Virus record (IMG/VR): IMGVR_UViG_3300035670_000091
Length of the DNA stretch: 64,000 nucleotides
Reading direction: 5' to 3' (one strand)
DNA from: a virus
The notes beneath the pieces are model-generated. The model was not told the DNA's origin and searched no databases. It saw nothing but the letters and a program-made list of their open reading frames with translations. This document shows, in pieces, positions 37,658-47,843 of the stretch. The position numbers were made by a program, and so were the translations under genes. Each line of letters starts with the position of its first letter. Positions within the stretch are counted from its first letter, which is position 1.

Positions 37658-39253
37658 TTATGCAAAGAACGGACTTGAGCTTTCAGATACCTCAGGCATA
37701 ATTAGGTCCACCGTCATCGCACAGGCGATAGCTAGTGAGTCTACAAAGTCGTCGTGGGCATGGGCCTCATCTGGCGCAGCAACCGAGAAAGTGTTTCCCT
37801 TGTACTTAATCTCAGCGTCAGTCATCTGCTGGTAGAAGCGCTTCCATGTGCGCAGACGCCTTGTCTTTGCATGGCCAGGGAAGCCCAGCATGCGGCGCTG
37901 TAGCAGGGCCTGTAGGTGCTTAAACCTCTTTGACTGCTCTGAGGGAGAGGATGTGAGCGCAATTACTTCTGAGCGGGGGAGAAGAATCTTAAGACGCTGA
38001 GCAACAGCGTCACCGACACCGTTCGCATCCACTCCGACAGCCAAGACATCGTAGTTCGAAAGGAAGTTGACAATCTGGAAATACTGTTCCTCCCAGTCGT
38101 CGCCTTGAAGTTCCAGCCAGTTAAGGACACGATGGTCGAAATAGCCAAACTCATCGGGACGGTCCCAGTCAACCCAGACAACCGTAACAACAGTGGAGTC
38201 CATCTTTCGAGCGGGGTCAATTCCAACGACGACAGGAGTTTGATGCCAGACTTTGACAATTTCTTGTGACTTGTCACTGAGTTCGTCCATGAGAGATGAG
38301 GTAACAAACATGCCTCTTTCTAGTAGCCACTTACAGTTATACGACATCTGGAACTCGTCAGAGTCCTCACCAATTCGCATCATCTCTTTCTTGATGAACT
38401 TGGAGTAGTTGTCGTTTACTTTGGCGACGTCTCTCCAGTCCCACTGGAAGTGGTTCTGGCGCTTACCACGCTCAGTTTGGCGTCGCCTATTCAGTTGGAT
38501 AGACCTATAGAAGTTGTTCTTGCTGGTAGTTGGTGTGCCAGTCTTTATCATCGTTCCTGCGTAGTACGCAAGCATCGGGGAGATGGACTTGGAAACTACG
38601 AAGTCATCGGCTTCCTGGCACTCGTCGATGACGATGACGTGGAACGACTTTGACTCAATCTTGGCTCTTGGGTTGGCTGTCATCATTGTGAGGGTAGAGC
38701 CAGACTTCTTGAGCTTAATCATTCTGGTAACGCCACCTACACGCTTAGCGTCGTCGTCAATCTCAGGGTCGTTAAGAATCTCTACTGCACGCTCGGAGGT
38801 TAGGCGTGTAACGGTACGGCTGAACAGCGTCTCAGCCTGAGATTCAGTAGGGGCGAACATGCCGACCCAAAGTCCGTCTTTGAATTTGCCTAATAAGTCT
38901 GGGTAAAGCTTTGCTAGCAGAGGCAGAATAACCATCAGAGTAGACAGGGTGTCTGACACCGTTTCAGTTTTACCTGACTGACGGGATGCTAGGGCAGTGA
39001 TTTCTTCACCGTCATTGATGATGACGGACTCAATGATGCGCCTAGCTAGTGGTTTTTGGTAAGGGTGCAAGTCGTGACCTACTAGTACCACCATGAACTG
39101 CATGATTTTGTCAATGATTCTGTCCACAAATGCTTGGGACAGTTCATCTACTTCTTCGTCGTCTCCGTACTCTGGGGCAGACTCGTGCTCGTCCTGATAG
39201 TACTCAGGACTAATCTCTTCGAATTTATCGTCTAGGTATTCTTCTTCATCCAT
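37658..39253 (-). CDS. terL: Terminase large subunit
   Basis: ASRQSGKTE Walker A, VIVIDECQ Walker B, VGIDPAR and HDDFVDS nuclease motifs. Confidence 0.95.
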   Translation of the reverse strand: MDEEEYLDDKFEEISPEYYQDEHESAPEYGDDEEVDELSQAFVDRIIDKIMQFMVVLVGHDLHPYQKPLARRIIESVIINDGEEITALASRQSGKTETVSDTLSTLMVILPLLAKLYPDLLGKFKDGLWVGMFAPTESQAETLFSRTVTRLTSERAVEILNDPEIDDDAKRVGGVTRMIKLKKSGSTLTMMTANPRAKIESKSFHVIVIDECQEADDFVVSKSISPMLAYYAGTMIKTGTPTTSKNNFYRSIQLNRRRQTERGKRQNHFQWDWRDVAKVNDNYSKFIKKEMMRIGEDSDEFQMSYNCKWLLERGMFVTSSLMDELSDKSQEIVKVWHQTPVVVGIDPARKMDSTVVTVVWVDWDRPDEFGYFDHRVLNWLELQGDDWEEQYFQIVNFLSNYDVLAVGVDANGVGDAVAQRLKILLPRSEVIALTSSPSEQSKRFKHLQALLQRRMLGFPGHAKTRRLRTWKRFYQQMTDAEIKYKGNTFSVAAPDEAHAHDDFVDSLAIACAMTVDLIMPEVSESSSPFFA

Positions 39254-39482
39254 TATTTGCACGCTTTTTCAGCTCTAATGTGATGGCGTACAGTGCTTCA
39301 GCACCTAATACTGCCTCTTCATACTGTTCAGGCGATTTTGCGCCTGTGCCAGCTATGTTCTTACCAATAACAAATAGAGCGTTCTCTACCCATAGCACTA
39401 GCTCATGCGTAGGGATTTTCTCCACTCTCTGCATCAATTTCGTCGGGAGCTGGGGTCCAGCCTTTTTCTTCAACAAAGTCAT
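39246..39482 (-). CDS. Hypothetical protein
   Basis: Coupled to terL. Confidence 0.6.
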   Translation of the reverse strand: MTLLKKKAGPQLPTKLMQRVEKIPTHELVLWVENALFVIGKNIAGTGAKSPEQYEEAVLGAEALYAITLELKKRANNG

Positions 39483-39729
39483 CGTATGTCACGTCCCGTC
39501 GTTGTATCGCCCGCTCTAGTGCGGATTCTTCGTCTAGTGTGCCTGTCCATTTACCTAGGACTAGCGCCCTATAGAAAGGAAGTCTAATAATCAAAGCGTT
39601 ATCTGTGGTGCGAAACGGCTCGTCAATCTCTTGGGTCCAACCCCTAACAGCGAACTTCTTGCCCCATTGAACAGGAAACTTGATGACTTGGAAGAAGTGT
39701 TGTGCACCGATGTTGTGAATCTTAGGCAT
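39403..39729 (-). CDS. Hypothetical protein
   Basis: Start MPKIHN at 39729, preceded by TAGACT at 7 nt (leaderless-like). Confidence 0.55.
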   Translation of the reverse strand: MPKIHNIGAQHFFQVIKFPVQWGKKFAVRGWTQEIDEPFRTTDNALIIRLPFYRALVLGKWTGTLDEESALERAIQRRDVTYDDFVEEKGWTPAPDEIDAESGENPYA

Positions 39730-39739
39730 GCGAGTAAGT

Positions 39740-40594
39740 CTATGGTTTCTTTCTTGTGTTAGCTGGGTTACTACCGAGAGTAGAGGAGTTTGCTTTGCGT
39801 GGTCTGCCTGCTCGACCTGAGCGCAGACCTTGGTTTGTGGCGGAGAACACTTTGCGCTTAGAAGAGTCTTCCTGGTACACCAGCTGTGAAGCACGAATGG
39901 TACGGTAGCGGGTCTCCATAGCAACGTCGCTCAAGAAGCCTAGCTCTGCTTCACCACGAGGCTTGTTGTACAAGTAGTTCACATAGCCAGGGGTCTGGTG
40001 CTGGTTCAGTAGAGGTCCCTTAGTAGGGGAAATCTTGAACGTCTCCCACTCAGTGTCGGTGACATCATAGTAGTTATAGTACGTACCGTCACGGAACACT
40101 ACGGTCAGTTTGCCTAGTCGAGGGTTATCTGGATAGGCTTCCCAACCTGCGGCTACTGTTCTAGGACGGTTTACGTCTGTAGTGGAGGTAGGACGAAGAG
40201 TAAGAGGTGCTGGGCCATCTGTGCGGTCCATGGCAGGGCCAGAACCAACTAGCGTTCCAGCAAGGTTCTGGTACCTAGGACCAGCGGGACTCATTCCCTG
40301 GTAGTACGTGCCTGCAGTTACGTCATACCCGAAGTTGGCGGCATCAATGTCGTACTTGGTGTTGTTGACAGGAGTACCCGTCATGTCATTGAATACTGCG
40401 TAGCCCTCAATGAAAGCACCAGAGCGGGCCTGTAGTCCTTTAGGAGAAGGCTGCGGCAATTGCGCAAAAGGGTCTTGGCTTACCCCTTGACTGCGCTCAA
40501 ATTGTCGAATCTCATCGACTACGTCTTGGCGAACACCGTAGTATCCAGCTACTCCTCTGCCTAGAGGATTAGGTAGCTTACCAGTTCTAGCCAA
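39740..40594 (-). CDS. KTSC domain protein
   Basis: LTVVFRDGTYYNYYDV...WETFK.SP.KG.LLN; TAAGGAG RBS with TTG start. Confidence 0.7.
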   Translation of the reverse strand: MARTGKLPNPLGRGVAGYYGVRQDVVDEIRQFERSQGVSQDPFAQLPQPSPKGLQARSGAFIEGYAVFNDMTGTPVNNTKYDIDAANFGYDVTAGTYYQGMSPAGPRYQNLAGTLVGSGPAMDRTDGPAPLTLRPTSTTDVNRPRTVAAGWEAYPDNPRLGKLTVVFRDGTYYNYYDVTDTEWETFKISPTKGPLLNQHQTPGYVNYLYNKPRGEAELGFLSDVAMETRYRTIRASQLVYQEDSSKRKVFSATNQGLRSGRAGRPRKANSSTLGSNPANTRKKP

Positions 40595-40676
40595 GATGCT
40601 CCTTATTAGAAGGCGGCCCCTGCCCAGGTAGCTGACAGATGTCAGGAGGGCAGGGGCCTAGAGGTGCAGTAGCATT

Positions 40677-40713
40677 ACTAAGCCCCTAGTAACAATGGTA
40701 CTAGGGGCTTAGT
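40677..40713 (-). terminator. 15-bp hairpin (terminator-like)
   Basis: ACTAAGCCCCTAGTA / TACTAGGGGCTTAGT with 7-nt loop. Confidence 0.55.
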
Positions 40714-40745
40714 GTTTACGAACGCTAAGTTCGTGAGAGAGGTAC

Positions 40746-41465
40746 TTACTGGTGGTCTACTGCTACAGTTCCCAAGTCGAAACTGGAGGCGTTAGGACCA
40801 GCTAGTCCTGCTAGTTCAGCACGGAGAGCGGCTGACGAGAAGGTAGTTGCGGTCACATTGTCAATTAGCCAATCACCATTTACATCGTACTCACCTGAAG
40901 GAGTACGGTTACCGCTGGCGTCAACTACGTAGTATCCGCTTGCACGTACCCAGTCACCGACAGCTACAGTGTGTCCTGACTTAGCGAATGACCAACCGAT
41001 GTCTGCAAACCCATCTAGAGCTACGCCAGTAAAGGTTTCGTCTGCGGTAACAAAGCCTTCAGGAAGTAACTCATAAAGGGATAGGGTCACAGTGTCACCG
41101 AGGTTAGCGTTAGAACCTGCTGCTGGAGACTGGGAGGCTACATTACCGTCGTTCTCTTCGGTAGCACCTTCGTTAACGGTTACAGGCTCTGCTACCTCTA
41201 GCCCTGCATCAACAAGGATGCCAGCGGCTTCAAGGCCATTAAGACCTACAACGTTAGGAACGACAACGTTAGGAACGTCGTCGCCATCGCCAATCCACGA
41301 TGGGTTGTAGCCTGGGAAGCCGTAGCGACCAGTCTCTACAATCTCGTGGTTGTCTAGGGTGTAGTCGAGCACGTTTTCGCCACGTGCGTCGTTTGGTTGC
41401 ATGGGCATGTTGCCCCAGACGTGGTCAACTCTTACGTTGCCTGCGTCATCTACTGGATTTGCCAT
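40746..41465 (-). CDS. PASTA domain protein
   Basis: VVVPNVVGLN..EA..IL..AGL...GNVASQSPAAGSNANLGDTVTL. Confidence 0.75.
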   Translation of the reverse strand: MANPVDDAGNVRVDHVWGNMPMQPNDARGENVLDYTLDNHEIVETGRYGFPGYNPSWIGDGDDVPNVVVPNVVGLNGLEAAGILVDAGLEVAEPVTVNEGATEENDGNVASQSPAAGSNANLGDTVTLSLYELLPEGFVTADETFTGVALDGFADIGWSFAKSGHTVAVGDWVRASGYYVVDASGNRTPSGEYDVNGDWLIDNVTATTFSSAALRAELAGLAGPNASSFDLGTVAVDHQ

Positions 41466-41704
41466 TAGTATTCTTCTCTTTCGCATTCATGAATGGATAG
41501 TTGCTCCTCATAGAGAACCTCTCCGCAATCCCGACAACGGAACATGCGAACGTCATCTAGTGCTTCGTGTAGGGAGTCCGAATGTGATAAGTCGTGTACC
41601 ACCCGAGTTTGCGCAAGAATCTCAGGTGGAAACGGTCCATGAGGCCTATATGCAGTCTTAGGGACATCATGTCCTTGTACTGCAAACTTTCTAATTACGC
41701 CCAT
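41465..41704 (-). CDS. Small Zn-binding protein
   Basis: FRCRDCGEVL...IHEC. Confidence 0.6.
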   Translation of the reverse strand: MGVIRKFAVQGHDVPKTAYRPHGPFPPEILAQTRVVHDLSHSDSLHEALDDVRMFRCRDCGEVLYEEQLSIHECEREEY

Positions 41705-41931
41705 TACTCCTCCGTTGGAGCTAGTTCCTCTTCTGGCTCAGCTGGGGCGTCGGTCTTGGTTGACTTCTTGGTCGCCTTTGGAGCTGGTGCTTCGTAGTAC
41801 TGTACCGCTCCAGAGTCTTTTTGACTTCTCAAAAACTTAGGAAGGTGGAGTCCGCAGTAGTAGATTGGAAACGCAGGGTTTACAGAGTAAACGTAAACAG
41901 CGTCGAGTTCGCAGTTATTACAGGTTTGCAT
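41704..41931 (-). CDS. Small Zn-ribbon protein
   Basis: TCNNC...YCGLHLP. Confidence 0.6.
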   Translation of the reverse strand: MQTCNNCELDAVYVYSVNPAFPIYYCGLHLPKFLRSQKDSGAVQYYEAPAPKATKKSTKTDAPAEPEEELAPTEE

Positions 41932-42764
41932 TACTTGTCATCCTTTAGCTTTGCTTTACGGCTAGCTAGGTGGGCTGCTTCTTGTGCGCTGAGCTTAGCG
42001 TCCCAACCTGCTTCGGTTAGCTTGCCTGAATCAGGGCTCTTCATGAGCTTAGGGCCCTTCATTTTGCCCTTAGTCGCAGTGCTGCCCATAGCAATAGCGC
42101 CACCACTCTTCAGCTTGTCTGCAATTGCAGGCTGGGCCTTAGTTGGTTGGTCCATGAAGCTGCCCGCCTTTACTACGTCCGTGGTGCTGGCCTTGAACAT
42201 TGGCTTAGCAGCCGCTGGACGAGAGCCTGCTTGAGCTCCCATGTCAGTAGCCTTACCGCCTTCTAGTGCCATTGGCTGAGGGCGAGAGGAAGATACTCTG
42301 ATTGCTGCTGGAGGTAGAGTAATAACGTTGTGGGCACCAGGCAATGCTGCTGCATCTCCCGAGTATCCGTGAGTCTGTGAAAATCCAGCGCCTGGGTGGC
42401 CGTGCACGTCGGCGCTAGGGTTGTGGGCACGGTCTACAGGCATGCCAGGCTCAGATTGAGCTCGGACCTTTACATCTGGAGTATCGTGCTCAATAGTGTG
42501 AAAGCCTGCAGCCTTCAAGTCAGTCATAGCTTTAGTTGACTGGTCAATGCGAGTAGCACGGTTTTGAGTGTCGATGTCAGCTACCTGACGGTAAGCCTCT
42601 ACCTTGGTGTTCATCACCTTGCGGTACTTGCGAGCAGACATGCTCATTCCACCGCCACTGTTCAGGGGGTTCTTAGGCTGCTGCATCTTTCTACCAGCAG
42701 CAGATAAAGCACCTCCAGCTGCACCTAGAGCGCCACCAGCGTTACCGAATGACATTGCGGGCAT
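41931..42764 (-). CDS. Hypothetical Ala/Lys-rich protein (possible internal virion protein)
   Basis: Long coupled ORF; low complexity. Confidence 0.55.
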   Translation of the reverse strand: MPAMSFGNAGGALGAAGGALSAAGRKMQQPKNPLNSGGGMSMSARKYRKVMNTKVEAYRQVADIDTQNRATRIDQSTKAMTDLKAAGFHTIEHDTPDVKVRAQSEPGMPVDRAHNPSADVHGHPGAGFSQTHGYSGDAAALPGAHNVITLPPAAIRVSSSRPQPMALEGGKATDMGAQAGSRPAAAKPMFKASTTDVVKAGSFMDQPTKAQPAIADKLKSGGAIAMGSTATKGKMKGPKLMKSPDSGKLTEAGWDAKLSAQEAAHLASRKAKLKDDK

Positions 42765-42766
42765 TA

Positions 42767-43108
42767 TTAACCAACTTTCTGTTCGAGCTCTGCGATGCGT
42801 GCAGCTAGCTCTTCGAACTTGCGGTCACCCTCAATGAGTCTTTTCTCAATTCGGTTGACAGTGTCCTTAATAGATTTTCCACCATTTCGCTTCAGTTCGC
42901 CGTCTATATTGTTTAGACGTTCCATGACACCAGGAACGGCGTCTCTGCCGTCCCTGGCGGGCTCTCCAGCCCAATCTCGCATGAACTCTTTCCATTCGTG
43001 CAACATTGCTTTAATTGGCTTTAAAACTTGATTGATTGCCAATCCTGCTCCTACTAAAGTTGTTACTGCTACAGCGAGGCTAAGTACTAGTTCTAGCGAG
43101 ACCGTCAT
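42767..43108 (-). CDS. Membrane protein, one TM helix plus coiled coil (lysis cassette)
   Basis: LAVAVTTLVGAGLAI helix; GGKSIKDTVNRIE. Confidence 0.7.
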   Translation of the reverse strand: MTVSLELVLSLAVAVTTLVGAGLAINQVLKPIKAMLHEWKEFMRDWAGEPARDGRDAVPGVMERLNNIDGELKRNGGKSIKDTVNRIEKRLIEGDRKFEELAARIAELEQKVG

Positions 43109-43114
43109 GAGGAA

Positions 43115-43507
43115 CTACCTGAAGTCCTCGTCCTTGTCTGGCGTAATGTCAGACTCGTCGTTGATGTCGAACTCTGGGTCTTCGTCGTCGAACTCTACGT
43201 CTTCAAAAGTGAAGTCGCCGTCTTCTTCGACCTTCAGAGCTGCCTCTAGGTTTTCGTTGCTTTCAGCGGCTTTAGCTACTGCTGCACGAAATGCGTTGGC
43301 CACATCCTTGCTGTCCAAGGAGCCCTGCCAAGTGAGCGATACGCCCAGCATGGTCAAAACTGCAGCGAAAGCGGTTCCTACACCGATGATGGAACCGAGC
43401 CACCAGTCACCATTGGTTGCGATAGAACCTACTCCAGTACCAGCGAAAAAGGTCGCCAAGAATAGACCTACTGCACGAGCAACAATCTGCTTTACGATGT
43501 CCTTCAT
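43115..43507 (-). CDS. Holin-like membrane protein
   Basis: Two hydrophobic helices and acidic tail; next to endolysin. Confidence 0.6.
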   Translation of the reverse strand: MKDIVKQIVARAVGLFLATFFAGTGVGSIATNGDWWLGSIIGVGTAFAAVLTMLGVSLTWQGSLDSKDVANAFRAAVAKAAESNENLEAALKVEEDGDFTFEDVEFDDEDPEFDINDESDITPDKDEDFR

Positions 43508-43947
43508 TATGCGTTCTCCTTAATAGCTTTGTACAAATCTGCTTTGGATGCGGTTGGGCCAAATACGCCTTTTACCTGACGGGATAGAGTGGCATGGAGG
43601 TGAGGCCCACTTGAGGCGCTGCCAGTATTCCCGACTAGGCCAATAGTGTCTCCCACGGCAAGCTTTGCGCCTACCTCGAGAGTTGGCTCGGACTTTAGAT
43701 GGCAGTACCCGATGTACCAGATTTTGCCTTCTTTGTCCATAGCAGACTGGACTAGAACCCAGCCTAGAACTTTGCTGAACTGTACTAGCTTGACAGTTCC
43801 TTTTGCGATTGCGGGAATCTTAGTTCCCTCTGGCATTGCCCAGTCGGTACCGCTGTGGGCTTGCATTCCGTTCTTGCGGCGGAACTCCGACATTGTGCCA
43901 TAGTGCCCAGTAATCTTCTTATCTGGGAAGGGCAGCTTCCAACTCAT
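43507..43947 (-). CDS. M23 family peptidase (endolysin)
   Basis: AHSGTDW (HxxxD), GYCHL, GPHLH. Confidence 0.88.
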   Translation of the reverse strand: MSWKLPFPDKKITGHYGTMSEFRRKNGMQAHSGTDWAMPEGTKIPAIAKGTVKLVQFSKVLGWVLVQSAMDKEGKIWYIGYCHLKSEPTLEVGAKLAVGDTIGLVGNTGSASSGPHLHATLSRQVKGVFGPTASKADLYKAIKENA

Positions 43948-43989
43948 AGTATTCCTTAGACGTCCGTTGCCCTCGGAATCAATTGTGAC

Positions 43990-44160
43990 TTATTCGAACG
44001 GATTTGGGGGTCTAAGCTCTGGGGTATAGCGCAGCGATTGCATATACCACCAGACAAACTCTGAGTACTCGTCAGGAGAAAGCTTTCTTCCTATGCGGGC
44101 TTCTGTCTGACGAGCCTCAAAGTCTGCCTTAGCAAATAACTCGTCGTTACTTAGTGTCAT
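43990..44160 (-). CDS. 56-aa hypothetical protein MTLSNDELFAK... (not in ORF track)
   Basis: Hand translation; fills the gap and overlaps the upstream stop region. Confidence 0.45.
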   Translation of the reverse strand: MTLSNDELFAKADFEARQTEARIGRKLSPDEYSEFVWWYMQSLRYTPELRPPNPFE

Positions 44161-44335
44161 CTCGTTCATAACGTAGTGGGAAGGTAATGACCCACACTCC
44201 TAGGGTCACCCAGATTAGCATGCCTACTACGTCTTTTGCTGAACCTTCCAATACAACCCACGCAACGAACATACCGAGCAAGGTCCATGCTTGGTCGATA
44301 ATGTCCTTGAATAGGGCCTTAATGAACTTCAACAT
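44147..44335 (-). CDS. Small two-TM membrane protein
   Basis: DQAWTLLGMFVAWVVLEGSAKDVVG. Confidence 0.7.
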   Translation of the reverse strand: MLKFIKALFKDIIDQAWTLLGMFVAWVVLEGSAKDVVGMLIWVTLGVWVITFPLRYERDDTK

Positions 44336-46056
44336 TATGGTCTCCTTGCTGCAGCTGCTGCTGCACTAGTTGCGGCTGCTGTTGCGGTCATCGCTACTTG
44401 CCCAACGATGACGGCTGCAATAACAACCTTTTCTGATTGTTCACGGACCTGCGGGGACATATCTGCTCCCGCATTTCCTAGGGCGTTGAATACTTCAACT
44501 GCTGCTCCAGCTACGTTTCCAATAAGCGGTATCGCCGCTAGTTCCTCATCTAATACAATGTCGTCTGCCTGAGCAGCTACGAGAAGCAGGTCTAGTGCCT
44601 GCTCATACTCCTCAGACCCAGGCTCTGCTGTTTCAAATGTCTGTAGAGCTACGCTTACCAACACTTCAACCTGTGCCTCCGTTAGAGTGGTTGGATTCAC
44701 GTTTTCAATAACAGCTGCTACGTCAGCGATAGGAGTATCAGATGTCGCCTCTTCTGGAGTGGTCGGGACAAGTTCTGGGACAGGACTGGGCTTGGGTTCG
44801 GGACTTGGTGTTGGTGTCGGGGTTGGTGTGGGGGTTGGTACTGGCACTGACGGACTTGGGGTCGGAGTAGGCGATGGTTGAGCTGTTTCTGATGGTTTTG
44901 GTGTTGGCTGCTCTGTTGGGGTGGGCGTTGGAGTCGTGGTCGGAGAAGGCTCTGGCTCAGGACTCGGAGTCGGTGTTGGGTCTACGGGTTCGGGTGTTGG
45001 CTCAGGTTCTGGAGAGGGTGTGGGACGGGGTGTTTCTGACGGTGTCGGTTGTGGTTCTGGTGTTGGTTCTGGCAAAGGTGTTTGGGTAGGTGTTGGTTCA
45101 GGTGTCGGTTCGGGCGATGGGGTCAACGTCGGCTCAGGTTGCGGCTGTGGAGTCAACGTGGGCTCTGGGGTCGGCTGTGGTGTGGGTTCTGGGGTTGGTT
45201 CTGGTGTCGGGGCTGGTGTTACACTGGGCTCAGGAGAAGAAGTAGGCCCTGGGTCTGATACAGGCGCTGAAGCATAAGTAAAGTTAACTACTAGTTTTTT
45301 GTACCAACCTGGACATGGGTCACCAAAAGTGCCGTTATCTGCAGCAATACTCGACGACGTCTTACCGTCAAATTGTGCAGCTACTATTTCTGATACGTCA
45401 ATACCACACTCTGTATCATGCGCTACGTATCGTGCAGTTGCTCCAGAAAAGACCATGCCTGTTGGCGCAGTAGCCTCAAGTATGCTACCTTCATTAGCAA
45501 CGTAGTCCCAGGAGGTAGGGGTTGGAGATACAGTTTGTTCTTGTGAGACGCTTGGAGCTGAAGAGGGTGACTCTGTCACTTCTTCTGACACTGTTGGCGA
45601 CTCTGTCTGTGGTTCTGGTGAGCTGGTCAGTTCAGGAGCTGGGCTTATCGTTTCTGACTCTGTTGGTTCTGGGCTCGTTGATGCCGATTCTGTGGGAGTG
45701 GGCTCTGGAGAAGAGGTTGGCTCAGATTGAGGTGATTCGCTCGGACTCGGTGCGGGAGTGGGTTCTGGAGCAACGCCGTTATAGTACCGAAGCGACTCGT
45801 CAGTAAGAGTGTCTGACACGTAAGTTGCGCCTTGACCTAAAGGCGAAAACCCGCCCTCACAGTAGAGCGCAGCGATGTTCCCCTTGCCTTCAAAGAACTG
45901 GTTTGAGTTATCCCAAGCAACCTGATAAGTGCCTTGGGTGCCGTTCTTCTCACAAGTGATAAGTACAGCTCCTGTTTGAGCTGCTTGTGCTGGAGTAGCG
46001 ATAAATAAGTGACCAAATGCTAGGAATAGTGCTGCGAATATTCGCAGGTTCCTCAT
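44335..46056 (-). CDS. Exported Pro/Thr-rich protein with SUEL/Gal_lectin-like domain and C-terminal hydrophobic anchor
   Basis: Signal peptide ending AQA; [14 protein letters not shown] motif; long (PTPEP)n stalk. Confidence 0.75.
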   Translation of the reverse strand: MRNLRIFAALFLAFGHLFIATPAQAAQTGAVLITCEKNGTQGTYQVAWDNSNQFFEGKGNIAALYCEGGFSPLGQGATYVSDTLTDESLRYYNGVAPEPTPAPSPSESPQSEPTSSPEPTPTESASTSPEPTESETISPAPELTSSPEPQTESPTVSEEVTESPSSAPSVSQEQTVSPTPTSWDYVANEGSILEATAPTGMVFSGATARYVAHDTECGIDVSEIVAAQFDGKTSSSIAADNGTFGDPCPGWYKKLVVNFTYASAPVSDPGPTSSPEPSVTPAPTPEPTPEPTPQPTPEPTLTPQPQPEPTLTPSPEPTPEPTPTQTPLPEPTPEPQPTPSETPRPTPSPEPEPTPEPVDPTPTPSPEPEPSPTTTPTPTPTEQPTPKPSETAQPSPTPTPSPSVPVPTPTPTPTPTPSPEPKPSPVPELVPTTPEEATSDTPIADVAAVIENVNPTTLTEAQVEVLVSVALQTFETAEPGSEEYEQALDLLLVAAQADDIVLDEELAAIPLIGNVAGAAVEVFNALGNAGADMSPQVREQSEKVVIAAVIVGQVAMTATAAATSAAAAAARRP

Positions 46057-46319
46057 TTCTTCTTAGGGTCCTCTTCCTCTACATTCTTCAAAGCAACAGT
46101 CTGACGGAAAGCGGCGTTAATCTCTGCCAGCGTCAGCTTGCCATCTTCAAGGAAGGCTAAGGCTAGTAGCTCAATAACTTTAGCTACAGCCAAGATACCG
46201 CCCATAGCGGCGGCAATCCACAGGTCTACACCCATGATTGAGCCTGCACCAATGACTCCTAGTGCAGATGCGACAAACGTAGCTACTATGCGTAGCATTA
46301 CATTTCCGAATAACTTCAT
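46053..46319 (-). CDS. Small membrane protein (holin-like)
   Basis: Two TM helices; [14 protein letters not shown]. Confidence 0.7.
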   Translation of the reverse strand: MKLFGNVMLRIVATFVASALGVIGAGSIMGVDLWIAAAMGGILAVAKVIELLALAFLEDGKLTLAEINAAFRQTVALKNVEEEDPKKK

Positions 46320-46377
46320 TATCTCTCCAGGTTAGGCCCCCCTGATGCGCCTTATTGGAGACGGAGTAATTAACTAA

Positions 46378-47778
46378 TTAATCAGTTGGGTTCTTGTAAG
46401 CCCAGCTAGTAAACCCTTTGCTACGAGACTCTTTTGGTCCCTTAGCAGTGTCAGTGCCCTCAGCTTTACCAGTTTCTTTTGGCTTTCCGCTTTCTGCTCC
46501 TGGTCGAGCAGAGAAGGTAGCCATTCCTGGAGCTGTAGCAGCTGCTCCCTTTTGAATGACAGTAGATGTATTGCCTCTGAATTCTTGCCAGTCAGACTGC
46601 ACAGCACCTGGCTCCACAGGGCTTCCTTCTAGGCTTGGGAAGTTGACTCTAGGTAATGGGAATCTGAGCCTTGGAGCATTGGTACTTGTGTTAGTACGAG
46701 TAGCGGTGTTAGTAGCAGTCCTGGCAGCCGTGTTAGTTGTGGCTTGAGAACCAACATTAGTAGTAGTTCCAGTGGTGGTGCCCCCAATAGTGCTAGTTCC
46801 TGGAAGGGAAACAGCACCAGAACCTACAGCAGCTCCAGAGCCTACGCCAACGGCACTTCCTGTACCTGTAGCAGCGCCAGTGGCTGCACCAGTAGCAGTG
46901 CCTGGTACTGCAACGTCACCACTTCCTACTCGAGCACCAGCGGCGGTGCTTGAGCCAGTAGCTACATTTGCTGGGGTTCCAGTTACTGCAGGCTTGGATA
47001 CCGTGTCAGCGGGCAAAGAAGTACCACCAATAGATGATGGTATAGAAGTGCTTCCGCCAGTAGTAGTTGGACGAGCAACGGAGTCTGCTGGGGTCCATAC
47101 CTTACCGTCTTTTGCACTAGGCACACCCGCAGTGCTTCCTCCAGTAGTCGTAGGACGAGTGGTAGGAGCGGCGCTAGAGCTAGTGATTGCGTCTTTAATT
47201 GGACCAACAGCAGCAGAGCCAGCAGCCAATGTACCTGTAAATGCCAAGGTGTTTTTTGCTACTGGGCTGTTCTTAATCGCAGTGGTTACATTCTTGACGT
47301 CTGCAGCCATATTTGCGACACCTGCTGCTGCGTTAAACGTAGGCCTAGATACAGCCGCTGCACCTGATTGAGCTACAGACAAGGCTGGACCTGCTACTTT
47401 AGGGGCAACAGTTGTAGCCGCTTTTGGAGCTGCTTTCACTGCTGTAGTGGCAGCAGGTGCTACTACTTTGGTTACAGTGGAAGCTGCTTTAGCAGCGGTA
47501 GTAGCAGCTTTGGCTCCAAGACCTATGCCTCCAGGGATGAACGTAGCAGCGGCCAAAGCAACGTCTTTGCCAGTTACGGCATTCCAGCTCTTCTCACCAC
47601 GCAGAGCACCAGCGATGTTTTCTCCAAGAACAAAGTTAGTTACTGCCTTAAAAGGCTCAGAAGTAGCTTTGTTTGCAGGAGTAACGGTAGGGCTGCTGGC
47701 TGACGTGGTTGCAGCCGTAGTTGGCTTGACGACTACTTTTTCGCCAGCCTTACGTGCGGCGTTATCTGCTAGGCCCAT
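46378..47778 (-). CDS. Thr/Ala/Gly-rich hypothetical protein
   Basis: TAAGGA RBS; 466 aa low complexity with DVALAAATFIPGG segment. Confidence 0.65.
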   Translation of the reverse strand: MGLADNAARKAGEKVVVKPTTAATTSASSPTVTPANKATSEPFKAVTNFVLGENIAGALRGEKSWNAVTGKDVALAAATFIPGGIGLGAKAATTAAKAASTVTKVVAPAATTAVKAAPKAATTVAPKVAGPALSVAQSGAAAVSRPTFNAAAGVANMAADVKNVTTAIKNSPVAKNTLAFTGTLAAGSAAVGPIKDAITSSSAAPTTRPTTTGGSTAGVPSAKDGKVWTPADSVARPTTTGGSTSIPSSIGGTSLPADTVSKPAVTGTPANVATGSSTAAGARVGSGDVAVPGTATGAATGAATGTGSAVGVGSGAAVGSGAVSLPGTSTIGGTTTGTTTNVGSQATTNTAARTATNTATRTNTSTNAPRLRFPLPRVNFPSLEGSPVEPGAVQSDWQEFRGNTSTVIQKGAAATAPGMATFSARPGAESGKPKETGKAEGTDTAKGPKESRSKGFTSWAYKNPTD

Positions 47779-47843
47779 TAATCCGTTCCTTAGTTAAAGT
47801 CTGGTATTAGTGTGCCACAAGCAGCTACAGCGTTAGGCCTAAA

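Noticed and set aside
44066-44114. CTGACGAG occurrences resembling a hammerhead core
   Set aside because: No GAAA plus stems in the required arrangement; they lie inside a small ORF
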